Source: Raillietiella orientalis
Lineage: Eukaryota
Assembly (NCBI GenBank): GCA_036172245.1
Contig: JAYWIR010000018.1
Span: 2,666,001-2,730,000, forward strand
DNA length: 64,000 nt
Direction of reading: 5' to 3'
Shown: piece by piece, positions 1-12,400 of the stretch
Position numbering within the stretch: the stretch's first letter is position 1
How the letters are laid out: each line of letters begins with the position of its first letter
Notes under the pieces: generated by a model
What the model was told of the DNA's origin: nothing
The model's database searches: none
What the model saw: the letters and a program-made list of their open reading frames with translations, nothing else
Position numbers and translations under genes: made by a program

Positions 1-454
1 ACCTGCCTCTCACCTTCGTGCTTTTATCTTCACCGCGAAGGGCGTCCGTGACCTCGTCACCGGACGCGTTGCTGGGATGCCACACGAAGCAAAAAAAAAA
101 AAAACATCTCAGGCCCCCGCGGCAGGAAGCCGATTTCTTTTCCTCTCTTTCCGTCCTTAGACTCCGAGGAGTTTTTCTGGGAGCCGCTTCCGATTTGACA
201 ATGCACCACAGTTTTCCCGTTTCGCGCCTTTCCATCGCGGGATCACTCCTTCCAAGCCTCCCCTCTTCCGTACCGCCCCCTTTCCCGTTTCCCCTGAAAA
301 AGGCGGCAAGCCGCGACCTTCGCTCTCGAGCTAAAGCGCTCTCGCGCTCTCGGACGCCCTTTGCTTTCCCCTCTCCCCCTTACTCAGCAGGGTTGTCTTC
401 AGGACGGGCTTTTAATAAATCCGCTTGCTAATTGTTGACCTGCCTCGACGTAAT

Positions 455-570
455 CGCTCATGCTTGATCCTCGGAGCCGCGAGCTTTCATTGTTGGAATC
501 CATTGAGCTGCTAGCTCTCATTGTTGACATCCGTTGAGCCACGAACTGCGTTCATTGTTGGCACCGAGTT
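455..570. repeat. Degenerate minisatellite with a unit of about 30-34 bp
   Basis: tcattgttg..tcc.ttgagc recurs at ~457, 487, 518 and 552. Confidence 0.65.
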
Positions 571-897
571 CTTTCGTGGCCTTTCAACGCCTATTTGCAA
601 TGCCTCCGATGCCGTTACTTGTGCCGGTGAGGCGCCGGAGTTTGCGTTGATCTCTCCATTCTCTTGGAGCATGCCTTGGAACCCCTTGGAACGGAGGCAC
701 TGAGGAAGGAGGCTGCTGACCCAGATGTAATCACCTCGTGATTACGGCAAGTCGTCAAGAAAAAGGTCCCGACTCCCGACTCTCTTTCCTCTGGCATTGG
801 CAAACTCGCAGAAACAGGGATTGTGGCTAGGAGAGGAACGAGGATAGGACATGCAGGCGAACTTTCGACAGACTGGAAGGGTCGGGGTCGCAGCATA

Positions 898-1165
898 ATG
901 TCGCCACCAGTGCTAGAGAAGAGCAAGGCGCGTGCTGGCGCTCTGTGTTCCCACGGAAGGGGCGCTCGTTGACTCCGCTCGACTGCCCTCTTTCAAGAGA
1001 GCGGCTGGACCCGAGAACGATGGGCAGAGGAGGCGCCGGATATCGTGCCACCGACCTTCCCGCTACCTCTTCATCCACCCACGAGGACCGCGCAAACTGT
1101 TCTCCCCACTCCGAGCAGATCCATCAAGAGAAGGGTAAGAGGGGTCGGATACTACGGCACTAGCG
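898..1165 (+). pseudogene. Histone H2A-like relic
   Basis: MS..EKSKARAG / VFP..GR / GRGGAGY / KGKRGRILRH. Confidence 0.35.
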
Positions 1166-1325
1166 TTACACTTCCATCTCGAGGAAGGGGAGGGGGAACG
1201 AGGGGAGTGAAGGAGGGAAAAGGGTGAGGTAGGGAAGAAACGGGAGGAGAAATCGCCTAGAGACGCAAAGGCCACTCCGTCCTGGGTCCCGCAAACGCTG
1301 CTATTTAGGAGCTCCCGGCCGCTCC
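1145..1325 (+). repeat. Diverged inverted repeat with ~4445-4625
   Basis: aaggggagggggaacgaggggagtgaag..gcctagagacgcaaag..aggagctcc is present in both copies. Confidence 0.85.
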
Positions 1326-2049
1326 TGTCCACTCCTCCCTCTCCCACCTTAAAAGACATGTCCTCTCGTCTGCTGGAGAAGAGCAGGAAGGTCCGAGGGA
1401 GGTTCGCAATTCAGCAACCAGGGATGGACACGAGTTAGGGAGGAGGGCGGCGACGGAACTTCCCCTCACGCCCATGCCGTTCCGCGACCCTCCCCTTTCC
1501 TTCGCTGCTGCGACTTGACCACCCTTCCGCCTCCGCACTCCCGCGCAACCTGTCTAAGCAAAGGATAGCGAGGGGAGGGGAGAGGGGGGAGGACGAACGA
1601 GCGCCTACCTGGGGGCCGCCGATGCGGCGCAGGCCGTCCTGCTCAGCGGACCCGGCGCCTCCGAACATGACGAGAGCCGGGGACGCCAGGGAAGTCGTCG
1701 GAAATCCGCCGCTGCTTCCGTTCATGGCGGGACACCCCGGACGGATGGATGGACGTTGCTGCGCCCGGCCGCGTTCGACACAACACTCCGGCCGCGCCCC
1801 GAGAGAGCCGAGCATCCTCCCTTTGCTCCCAGCGCGCGGCGGGGCGCGGCGGGGCGGGGAAGAGAGATAAGAGGGGGGGAGGGGGAGCGGGAGAGGTGCA
1901 GAGAAGGGGAGGGGGCGGAAGAGGAAGTGCCGCTCCGCGACCACGCGGCAGCAGCCTCGTTGCCTCTCCGAGAGAGGGAGGGAGGGAGGGAGGTGCCGCG
2001 AGCTGCGCCGGCGTCCAATCGCTGAGCGCCTGACATGCCGCCGTTCCGG

Positions 2050-2175
2050 GAGCACCGCCTCGGAGGAGGGAAAGCGGCGGGAGCGGAGGCTGCAGGGACG
2101 CCGGAGCGAAGCCGCCGCCTCGGGAGGGACCGATCGGCGGAGGACGAGGTGACGGAATGAGGAGGAGGAAGAAGG
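2050..2175 (+). repeat. Diverged direct repeat with ~4320-4445
   Basis: cctcggaggag..gcggaggctgca..ggacgccggagcg..gggaccga..gaggtgacgg is present in both copies. Confidence 0.8.
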
Positions 2176-2360
2176 AAAGTGGATGAAGAGATGGGGGAGG
2201 AAGTGGAAGGGGAGGAAGAGAACATGAAGAAGGGAAGAGGAGGAAGAGAAGGGGAGTGAAGGTAGATGGGGAGGAAAAGAGGAAAAGGAGATGAGATGAG
2301 GAGAAGGAAGAGAAGAAGAATAACAAGGGAGGAGGAAGGGGAGGAACGGAGGAGGAGGTG
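2155..2360 (+). repeat. Polypurine (GA-rich) low-complexity tract
   Basis: About 200 bp almost entirely G and A. Confidence 0.85.
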
Positions 2361-5300
2361 TGGAACTTGAGATCCACACGCTCGTTCGGCCACCCTCCGT
2401 GACGTAGATACCCCGTTGCCGGGTCAGCAGATCCGAAAATCCCCAGCCGGCCGCCCTCCAGCAAGAGCACAAGTAGCAGCAGAAGACGGCTCGGTAGCCA
2501 TGACGACGGCGACGGCTAGCAGGTGTTCCTTCTGTTTCCACCCTGTAGCACGGAGTTGTGAGCGCGTGCACTGCGAGCCGCAGCGGTAGACGCGAGAGGG
2601 ATGGGGACGAGGGAGGTGGCGGAAAGAGCAGAGGGTCTGTGAAGTGAGGAGGGCATCGTAGGGCAATGCGATAGGGGCCGTGAAAGTGAGGAGTCTCCGC
2701 GGAGGGGTCAGCTGCCAACTCTTCTCCGCCAACATCCCGCCGGAGCGCCCTCCCGTCTTTTGTTTTTCTTTTCCCCCACCGACTGGCGCGAGCCGTCATC
2801 AGCCGTTTCCCTTGGAGACGACAGCGCTGTAGGCCCGCGCTACTCCTCTCTCGTTGCTCAATGAACGCAGGCGAATCCGCACCGGGCTCGCCCGCAGCTA
2901 GCCCACCCGAAATGCTCCCGCTAGCAGCTTCCTGATGGTGCACCTCCCTACCTCTTCCGTCTTGGGTAGGAATGGGAAGCGCGGCCCCGGACGAAGGCGG
3001 GACGAAGACCCCTGGGGCAGAAAGACGCCAGGAATGAGGATAGTTGCGACAGGGAGACGCCGCACTCTGGCAGCCGGAGGCGGAGACTGTCTGGACCCGC
3101 CTCGATCGTCGCCGGGACGCCGTCGCGACCGTGCGCCGCGGGGAGGCGGCGGCCCCCCTGATCTCTCCCTCCTTCCCTCAGGAGAGGAATCCGAGTTCGC
3201 CCCCGCTCGCGCGGCGCCGCGCATCGGAGGGCGAGATGTCCGGCGACGTCGGATCCCCCCTTCGATACGGAGAGCGTGAGAGGACTCTGCGCCAGGCAAT
3301 CCTCCACGAGCGATCCGTTCGCCCTTCCCTGGTCTCCTTGAAAGCGGGCGGCCAGGGACATCCAGCCCCCACCCACCCCTCCCTTGAGGTTGTGGGGCCA
3401 CCGCGGAAGCGCGAAACCCCCGCCGCCTGGCTATACCGGGAGAGGACCAGCCTCCCCGTGGAGGTGGCACAATTCCGCCTCCCTTCAAGATGGTTGACTC
3501 CGGCTCCGCCGAAAGAGAGTGACCCAGTCCCGAGGGAGTTTTTTCCCGATTTCTCTCCTGGATCACAGGGTAGGGAGACCGCAGCTCCCCTCCTCCCCTT
3601 CCTTGTTTCCGACGACAACGCTCACGGAGGCATCCGCGGCCGTCGAGCATGCGGAAGGGGGGGGGAGGCAGCGGGACGCGGTCGTCGCCACCTTTATCCT
3701 TCTCCTCCTCCTCAACGCCGTCGTCGTCGTTCCGATCCGGTTCGCATTGTATCCTTGGAATCTCCGGCCACTTCAGGACGTCGGTGGTCCCACGCGTTCC
3801 CCTTCCCTTCCTCCGTTGCTAATTGCTGAAGAACCGTCCGCCCCCTCTCCTAGGGGAGCATGGGACAGGCCCGACACCGCCGCCACATGTGGAGTGCAAC
3901 TCAGCTAGGGACCGGACCTAATTAGTCAAGAAAGGCTCTCCGAGCGTGGAAGACCCCCGAGACCCCGGGTTGCCTGGTGCAGAGAGGGACGCCTGCCCGC
4001 CTTTTCTTCCGGCGTCTTCCTGGCCGCTGCAGCCTGGCTTTTCCTGAAAGCCACCGTCGCGCCGTGACTCCCTGCGGTGAGCTTAAGGCGCCGCCTCACG
4101 CACCTTCAGCCGCCGCCGCGTTTGGCGACGCTCTATCCGGTACGGACAGAGGGAAACTGACGCATGCCGTAGCAGCGAAGGGAAGGGAAGGGTCGCGGGA
4201 AGACATGAGCACGAGGCGAAGCTCCATCGCGACCCACACCCCACCCCACCCCAACGTAGACTCGAGTCCGCCCCTGCCTGCTGAGCCTTTACTCGTTCTT
4301 CGTGCGCTTCTCAAGCAGGAAAGCAGCTTCCTCGGAGGAGAGAAGGCGGAGGCTGCAAGGACGCCGGAGCGGGGCAGCTGCCACGGAAGGGACCGACCTG
4401 GAGGGGAGGAGGTGACGGGAGGAGGAGGAGGAAGAGAGGAAGAGTAGACAGGAGCTCCTCAATAGCAACCTTTGTAGGGCCCAGGCCGGAGTGATCTTTG
4501 CGTCTCTAGGCAATTCCTCCACCCATTCTTCCTCTTCCCTACCTCATCCTTTTCCCTTCTTCACTCCCCTCGTTCCCCCTCCCCTTCTTCGAGACGAAAA
4601 TTGAACGCTTGCCGTACTGTCCGAGTGAGAATAGGCGAAGCATGGGTGGTTTCCATGGGCGTTCACCAGCTAGGGCTTGCCTCAAATGGTGCGAGCTCCG
4701 GAGGTGACCTTTGGTCTCGTCACATCGATCAGAACGGAGAATCCTCCGATCGGTGACTGCGGCCCCTTCGTTTCGGAAGCGTCGGTGCGCACTCGTCCGT
4801 GTGGACGCCTTTCGTCTTTGAGGTCGAATGCCCTGGGCAGAGTCAGACGTCCAGCGACAAGACCGGGAACGTGTTCCTCCACATCTACCTCCGTCAGGGG
4901 ACTCCACGTTTCCTTCCTCACCTGGGGGTGCCCTGAGAGAGACTGTCCGGTGCAGATCTCCAAGCGTTGGTTTGAGACGGCATGGAGGAATGCAGGAGCA
5001 TCGGCATGACCAGAGCATCTGCATCCTGACTATCTGTCCAGAGATTTCGATGGAGCGAATGGAAGGCAGAAGCTGAGACCAGACAGTGCAGCCACCTCTC
5101 TCCTCCCTATTGCAGCACGCTAAGGCAGCATCAAAAGGCTCAGCAAACGCATCTTGCCAGTCCCTAGGACTGTCAGATGAGGAGAGATGCAGTGGAAATA
5201 ACACTTTGGGCAGTGGATATCGAGGAGTCTCATCTGGAAGTCAAGTGGAATGCTGGCATTAATTTAGCATGTGTACACGCTTCGGCTGTACATATGCTAG

Positions 5301-5829
5301 AAATGGAATGCTAGCTCGGTTGTCAATTGCAAAAGCGATCCACTTGCTTTCGGTCATCTCCGCCATCGGCTTAGCAAAAGGCAATAGCTCTCGCCAACAT
5401 CCTCCACAAAGTATCGCTGCTATTATTTCATGTGTTCCTCGGGAGAGTCTCCCAAATGATTCTTGAGTCTCGTGACTTGGGTACTAAAGGAGAAGGGACT
5501 CACAGTCTCCAGGAAACGACACATTTCCTTCTGAAACAGCAGGTTCAGAACCGCACGAATGCATTTTTTCGAGTTCAAATGTTGCTCAAATGCCGTGGCG
5601 CACGGTCAGCAGAATTCCAACACGAGAAAAAAAAAAAAAAAACGCGAAAACCCGTCAGAGTGGCAACACTGCCGGCCCTTTCCCGCTTCTACACGGCGAA
5701 GCACTGTAGCAATGGCAGATCGACTTGAGCTCGGGGGAGGGGGAAAAAAAACTCGGCTTTGTTGCGCTCCCCCCTTGCGCGCTTCCCCGGTTGTTCAGGA
5801 GACGAGCGCTTTAAATGACTAGAAAGCCA

Positions 5830-6048
5830 ACCGCCATGATGGGTACTGAGGCTCCACCTTCAGCCGTGGTACTTCACGCGCTGCTTCGTGGATGAATGAT
5901 CTTCCGGCATGGCTGCGAGCTGCTTTGAGCGCCCGTCCGACAGGTAAGCTCTTGACGAATCCTCTATCCTGAAGAAACTCCTTGCTGCTAATGAGCATCT
6001 TTGTTCCTGTTGAGCCCTTCTGCTTGGCTGCTTGCTGCGCGCTATCAT
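5830..6048 (-). pseudogene. Possible histone H3 tail-like relic
   Basis: MIARSKQPSRR..GRSKQLAA..RVKYH vs MARTKQTARK..PRKQLAT..GVKKPH. Confidence 0.28.
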
Positions 6049-6229
6049 TGAAGCTCCCGTGGTGCCGTTTTTCCGAAATGGCGCCTCTGTATTTGGAAAA
6101 AAAAAAAAAAAAAAACATTTCGTATTCCTGAGATTCCAGGCATCTCCCTTTTTTTGCTGGTTTGTTTGTCCCAGTCCACGACTCTGGTTTGGTTTGGCGT
6201 CGACGAATCGATCGTTATCCCTCCGTCGG

Positions 6230-6420
6230 GTCTCCTTGCGCCGAAACGGCGAGAGAGCGCCACAGCATGCACACGCGTCCCGCGCGAGGACGCCTCGCCT
6301 TGTCTGGTTGACTGGGAGACGCGCGAGGAAGTGTTCCGCGCGGATTTCGGTGCGCGCGACCTCTCCCCGCTGTGCATCGCCCTCTGATCTTCTCGCCCAC
6401 TGCTGCCCCTGATGCGCACT
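6230..6420 (+). pseudogene. Histone H4-like relic
   Basis: SPCLVDWETREEVF..ARD vs SGLIYEETRGVLKVF..IRD. Confidence 0.38.
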
Positions 6421-9400
6421 GGAAGGAATCGGGGGCCTCGGAGGACGCTGCTGCCTCCTGCTTGTCCTCAGACAAATAGCTCCGTCTCAGCATCAATTTG
6501 CAGTCCAATTTGAATGTGATCTGCCGATGTGCCTTCAGCCCTTTCTTTTAATTAATATCCAAAGGGTAATTTATGAGATATGATCTCCGTGCCTATAAAT
6601 AACTTGCATCAAGCGGAACTGCATTCTAGGGAGGGCGGCGAAGGCAGCCGACCTGGACTCCACGCTTGAGGGCGAATGAGGGTTCGAGTTTAATTGCAAA
6701 AACTGGGGTGGAGGATTTTACATTAGCCTTTGCTACGTGACCTTTCCGGGAATCTCAGTGCCGAAGGAGGGGGGAGGGGGGGAAATAGAATAAAAGGCGG
6801 CCACGTGCTGCATTTCCACTTGGTCGACCCAGTGATCTGCCAGACTGCTTGTGCTTCAGGAACCATGGGCACGACTCCCAAGTTCCTTGTCTCTTTTGGT
6901 TCGCGACTCGCCCTCCGTTCTTCGTGAATCGTCGAGGTGAACACACGCGACCAGCAGTAAATTCTGAACTTCCATTCTCTGAGGTTCCATCCGGGTGTCT
7001 AACCTGGAGGACTCACGCACACCTCCCGATAAAGCAAACAGATCTCTCTTTCCTTTCCGACGGCACCTGGAAACAGCCTTTTCCGAGCAGCTCACAAATG
7101 GCCCCCGGCGTGTAATCGATGAGGAATGTGGGGATCTCGTTTCTTCATCATACTTTCGCAGCCTTCAATTAATGCCAGCTAGTAATAGTCGCCCTGGCGA
7201 TTACCGCGCTGCCTGACCTACACGTGCTGGCAGCGTGTTCCGAACGCCATCGGACCGGCACTCCATCATGCGAACACCTCCCGGAGCTGGGTAGGATCTT
7301 CTTGTCTTCTTATGCTCGTATGACTCGACGTTAGCTCAGACAGGCCAGGATGAAAGCAATCTGCTCCATGGGCTAAGCGGAGATAAAGGGAGGACATAAA
7401 TCATTCCTGCTCCTACTTCCGTGAAAGCTGAGGTGGCTCCGATATCAAATCAAGGCCTTTTTCCCTCTTCAGAGGAAGACCTGCCAAACGGTTTCATTCG
7501 TTTCTGTTTGTTTGAGATTTTTCACGTTGTTTTCGGGGATTCGAGACAATCTTTCCTCCCATTGATGGACCAAACTGTGCAGGGGGGAGCGATCCCTGAA
7601 ATCCGAGAGCCTCAGGTAGCTTTCAACAACAGTTCTGGGACCCAGGAAGGCTGCCGAGTGAGTGTCAGGCAGTCTCTTTTCCATTCAGCAACTTTCCAAT
7701 ACCACACAGTCTTCTAAAGTTTTCGTATATGCATCTATATCTATGTACGCATAAAAGATAGATGATACAAGCAACTGAATTGTCAAATTATTATATATAA
7801 AGCTTCCTTCTTGGGAAGATGTGATGCTGCAGTTGAAAAATCCTGATGAAGAAAATTCCGTTTTCCTCAGATACCTTCAATCCATCTGCAGACAATTTGC
7901 AAAATTCCCGGCAGGTGCCGTTTACATTCTCCCCGAGTCACTTCTTTTACTGAACATTGAGCTTCAGCTTTACATGTACTTATTTTTTTTATTTAAAATG
8001 GTGCGACGAAACGAAAACCTTGCCTTGTTCGTGGTGCTGCAGAACGTCACCACCCGAAAAGTAGAACCTCGAATCCCTTCCAATTTCTATGCATTGCAGA
8101 ATCATCCAAACCTTCCATTCTGCATATTGGAAACGCTCGCAGTCTCTGCTCTCCCGAACTGACATTGGAAACCTCCCAAAGACAAGCCCAAAGTATCGTG
8201 CTTCTGTTGCATCCCAAGCAGCCTTCTGCAAGTCACTGAGAATGCTCTAAAAGTCTTCCCATTGTGTCTCCAGTGGATCCTTCTTCACGCTCTTCGTCTC
8301 CTGGATCGTCCTAGCTGCTTCATCCCCTACAGCCCTCCAAAAGGACTCACTCTGGCCAGCTGTCTCAGATACGGCCAGACGACAGGGTCTCGTCGAGACT
8401 CTGAGTACCAGCTTGAAATTCGAATGCGACCTGGTGTGGCTCCATCGCCACCCTTCGCGCCGAAGTCAATCAGCGTCGCCGCTGCTCAGCTGTGCTCACC
8501 CACGCAGCCCCACGCCATCCACACGCCAGACACTGCGAACCACTCTCGGCCAGGACGAAGCCGCAGGGAGGCAGCCCTGGAGCAGGTCCCCAGCAGCCCT
8601 GACGTGCAGCTCGGTCGTGGAGAGCCGGGAACAGGGGCAGAAGGCCGAGCGAACCGTTGCGGCCCTCACCAAAGTTTGTCCCGGTCTATCGAAGAGAGGC
8701 GAAAACAGCCGCAATAGGGCGAGGAGTCCGGGCTGCTTCGCCGCTGACACTCGGGCCATTGGCCCCTGGGGATGCACTTTGGAGAGCAGGACGGGCGAGC
8801 TGAACGGCAAAGCTCCGGGGAAAGTGCCGGTTGCCGCGGGCAGCGAGCGGGACGGTGGTGAGGCCGCGGAGGCCGGGACAGGGAGGGGAAGGGGTGCACG
8901 GCGACCCGCCAGTTGCTGCAGAGACGGCCCCTCTGGCTCCGGGACAGGGCGCCGTTCCTGCCTCCCGACGTGCCCGCGAAGTATGGACTCAAAAGGGATC
9001 GGGCGCGAGGAAACTGCCCGGAGACGCGACAAAGACATCCGATGCGGAAGAGGGGTCCACGGGCGCAGCCTTCGGGAACGGCTCGCTCGAACGCAAGTCC
9101 CAGGAGATCCCCGATCGCAAGGCGACCTGGTCCCTCCGCTCGCCCAGAATCACCACCACTCACCGGCCAATCAGCCGTTGCGTTCCGCGCCTGCGAACGC
9201 GTGCGGAACGCAACCGCTGAGGTCGCGTTCGCCCATGCTCGCCAGTGGCTCGGCCGAATGCCGGTGGCGCCTCCTTCCGGTTCAACACCTTCGTCGCCGC
9301 CGGCATCACGCAGCAGCAGCGGGTGAGTCGGCAGGCAAGCGCAGCGCGCCACGAGCACTACTGAGCTCGTGGTGCAGCGGGCGGAGTACCAGCAGTGATG

Positions 9401-12400
9401 ACGCGGAGGAACGCTGTGAGGTGTCCAGGTGAAGGACGAAAGGCGGTGGTGGTCCTCCCTTCTCCCCCCCCCCCCTTTTCCACCGTAGGAATCCTACCGT
9501 CTGCCTACGGCACATCCTCGATGCAGCCGTTCTGCCGAGCGCCGTTCTGCACGCGGCGTGCGCGTCAGAGTCCCGCGAAATCGCTCATCCAAAGATGGCC
9601 GTCCCCTCCCTGCCCTTCGGAAATTGGGCCGATGGCAGCGAACTTCGTGTTGGGGAAGCGGGCTCCCACGGTGAGGAGATGGTAATGGGAAGCGGCGGGA
9701 AGATGAGGCTCATTCGTCGCTTTCCGTTGAGAACGGAGCAGGAGGTGTGCATGGTATCGTGGGAGGCGTCCTATGGGTCCGTCCGCCTTTCGGAGGCGTT
9801 CCCACTGCTTCTCTTCTTGCTGCTGCCCCGCGGGAGCCGCCGTACGCGGCTCCCACGGGGCGGAGCCAGAGGGCAGGTGGCACCCCGTGAAGCTGGGTGT
9901 CCTTACCAACTCGCGAGGTCCTGCGCCCCTTTTCTCCGGAATTCTGCAACTTCCGCCTACGCTCTGTCGGGAGCGCCCGCTCTTGGCCTGCTGCCGACGC
10001 CGACCCGGTCGCGCCGCTGCGTTTCCACGGTGCTGCAGCGGCCGGCCGCGGCAGCGCCATGTAGTTTCTCTCTTTTCAGGCGTGTACGTGTTTGTCTCGA
10101 TATGTAAATCACACAATTGCACAGCTTTGATGAGCTCCAGCCTTCCTCTTTGTTGCAAAGTGCATGTTAGTCAGTTCCTTGTGTTGCATTTCCTTCAGAA
10201 GGATGTGTCCATTTCGGAGGAAGAAAATGACTGAATGACGAAAATTGGTTTTTGTTTCGCCACGAAACAACTTGCACAAAGTGCAGTTTGTTTGATGACG
10301 AAATAATCATTGCACCTGTCTCTTACAAATCTTTTTGAAGGGAATGTCGTGGCTTGGGGATTCTCTCTTGTTTTGCTCTGGAACCACGGACTCTTCGTTC
10401 CCTTATCTCGTTTCCCTTATCCGACTCCTGGAATCGCAAACTCTCCACGATTGAATGAAATTTAAAATTTAGAGCTCACATAGCACTGGGCTGCAAGAAA
10501 TTCAAGAACTAGCCCCTACTTCGTGCTGGACTCCTCAAACTGCTGAGCTTACTCCCACTGAGGTCCTCGGAAAGCAACTGTGTTCAATCACCGGAGCTCG
10601 AGATGGATGACATGAGACAAAACAAAAAACAAAAACACTGTGACGATTTATACTTTGCGCAAAGTGCTTCCTTCTAAATTATTCCTGATGCAGCGAGATA
10701 CTTCCCACGTTGTGCCTTGTGGATTCCTGACTCGAGAGGCGAGGTTCACCGCCAGAGGGTATGCTGAGAAATGAGCTTCCCTGAACTCATACGAAACTTG
10801 ATCCTCATCAGCAAAATTTTGCCTTTGAGAGGAATGAGAAGACTCCCGGTTTCCCGAAATATGCAAGGAGTTCGTTCCTTATATCTTTCATTTCATATGA
10901 GCTCTCAGTGACTGCTTCCCTGTGCACGGAAACAAGTCACAGAGATGTTGCGTGCATGCCATAATAGTACAGTGAGCGATTTCCCTTACGCCATCGACTT
11001 GACTATTTTATCAGTGAGAGCAGCAAGTGAGCATACATTCTAGAGAAGCAATTAGTCCGCAATTATCCGAAAAAAAATGTTGCTAATAACGTTTTTCAAA
11101 GTCGCCCTTCTTAGCTTGAAGTAGTAATCCGAACCTGAAAAAAGGAAACCCTGTCAGCATACTCAACTCGTGCCACTGTCCGTTCGAAAGCACATCGGAA
11201 GCACTCCAGAAGGCATGCGGGAAGCAATCTTTATGCACTGTTTTGCTGTGCTGGTGATGGACTTGCGGTGCGACCAGTGGCGGGGGAATTCTCCATTACA
11301 ATCACCACCATCCGTCCGTGCTTCCCTCTTTATGTGCCCCACCCGCCTTCGATTCCTCGACTTCGGCGCTACGAATCCCTGGGCATCCTCCGCCACGGAT
11401 CCCTGCACTCCGTCGGCGAAGCGGAGACGCGCCTGCTCTCCTTCCTTCGTCTCGCCCTCCTACAGCGACCCCGGCGGAGCGTCGGGGAAGCAGGCGGAGC
11501 CCACTGTCCACGCGCATTCCCACCCGTCACCCTAGAGCAGTATGGATCCACGGGTGCTTCCCAACCTGCTCGGGGAACGGGTGGGTTGGTTGCACCTGCT
11601 CGCTCGTTGCCCTCCCTCTGACCTGGCTGGGCTCTCGACGCTTGCTTTCCCGTTCATCACGCAGTGGCTGGGTCGAACTTTGCCCGTGCCACGCGCACGC
11701 CACCTCCCGACCCGACGGGGTCAGCGCAGCCTCTTGTGCACGCTGTCGGCGCAACGGGACCGCGTCGCACGAGTCCAATTCGAGACGACCACCGTGGGGC
11801 AGAGGACGAGCTGGGTGTCTCCGCCTGGCCCGAAGGCTTCCAGGCGCTGGGTCGTGCACGCTCGAGGTGGCGTCCCCGGAGCCGCATGGTCCCCGCCAGG
11901 TTCGTTCGCTTCGAGGGTGCCCTGCCCTCCTCGCTCCGGCAGGCGTCTGTCTTCGACGGATGCTGCTAACCCGTCACCGGTGCGCGCCATCTCCTCTTCG
12001 CCGCTTCTGCACTGCTGCGTGCCGCAGGGCGAAAAGGACCGACCGCCTGAGGTGGAGTCGTCGGTCCCGAGTCCCGAATCCGGGCAATCCGAAAGGCCAT
12101 CCGGCGGCATCCCTTTGCGAGACCGGAACAGATGCTGCCGGCATGGGTTGCGCCCACTTCTTCGGCAGTTGTCTTCTGCTGCTGTCCGACCCGCATTTCC
12201 GAACGCACCCATCCATGAGCCGGCGGCAAGCAGATCTTCTCTCACGCAATCCACCGTGGTCGCTGCTGCTCCGGCCAGGGTGTGTCGTCCGGTGAGGGTG
12301 ACCTCGCACCTGAACTTCCCCTGATGCTTGCGTGCATCACTCCTCCCAAGATTTGACATGCCTTGTTGCTCGATTTGGCAGGTAGCTTTCCTGACCCCCA

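Noticed and set aside
1435..2943. 502-aa ORF and other long R/P/S/G-rich ORFs (3044-3829, 8413-9432, 11318-12295)
   Set aside because: Low-complexity, GC-rich sequence open in several frames with no recognisable domain; these are shadow ORFs.
3420..3520. Gypsy RT-like start (GIVPPPRGGWSSP)
   Set aside because: No downstream RT motifs or LTRs.
8450..9450. H3/H2B-like motifs (STTELHVR, GKAPGK, NAVRCPGE)
   Set aside because: The same bases can be read as different histones in different frames, which shows the overfitting risk; not called.
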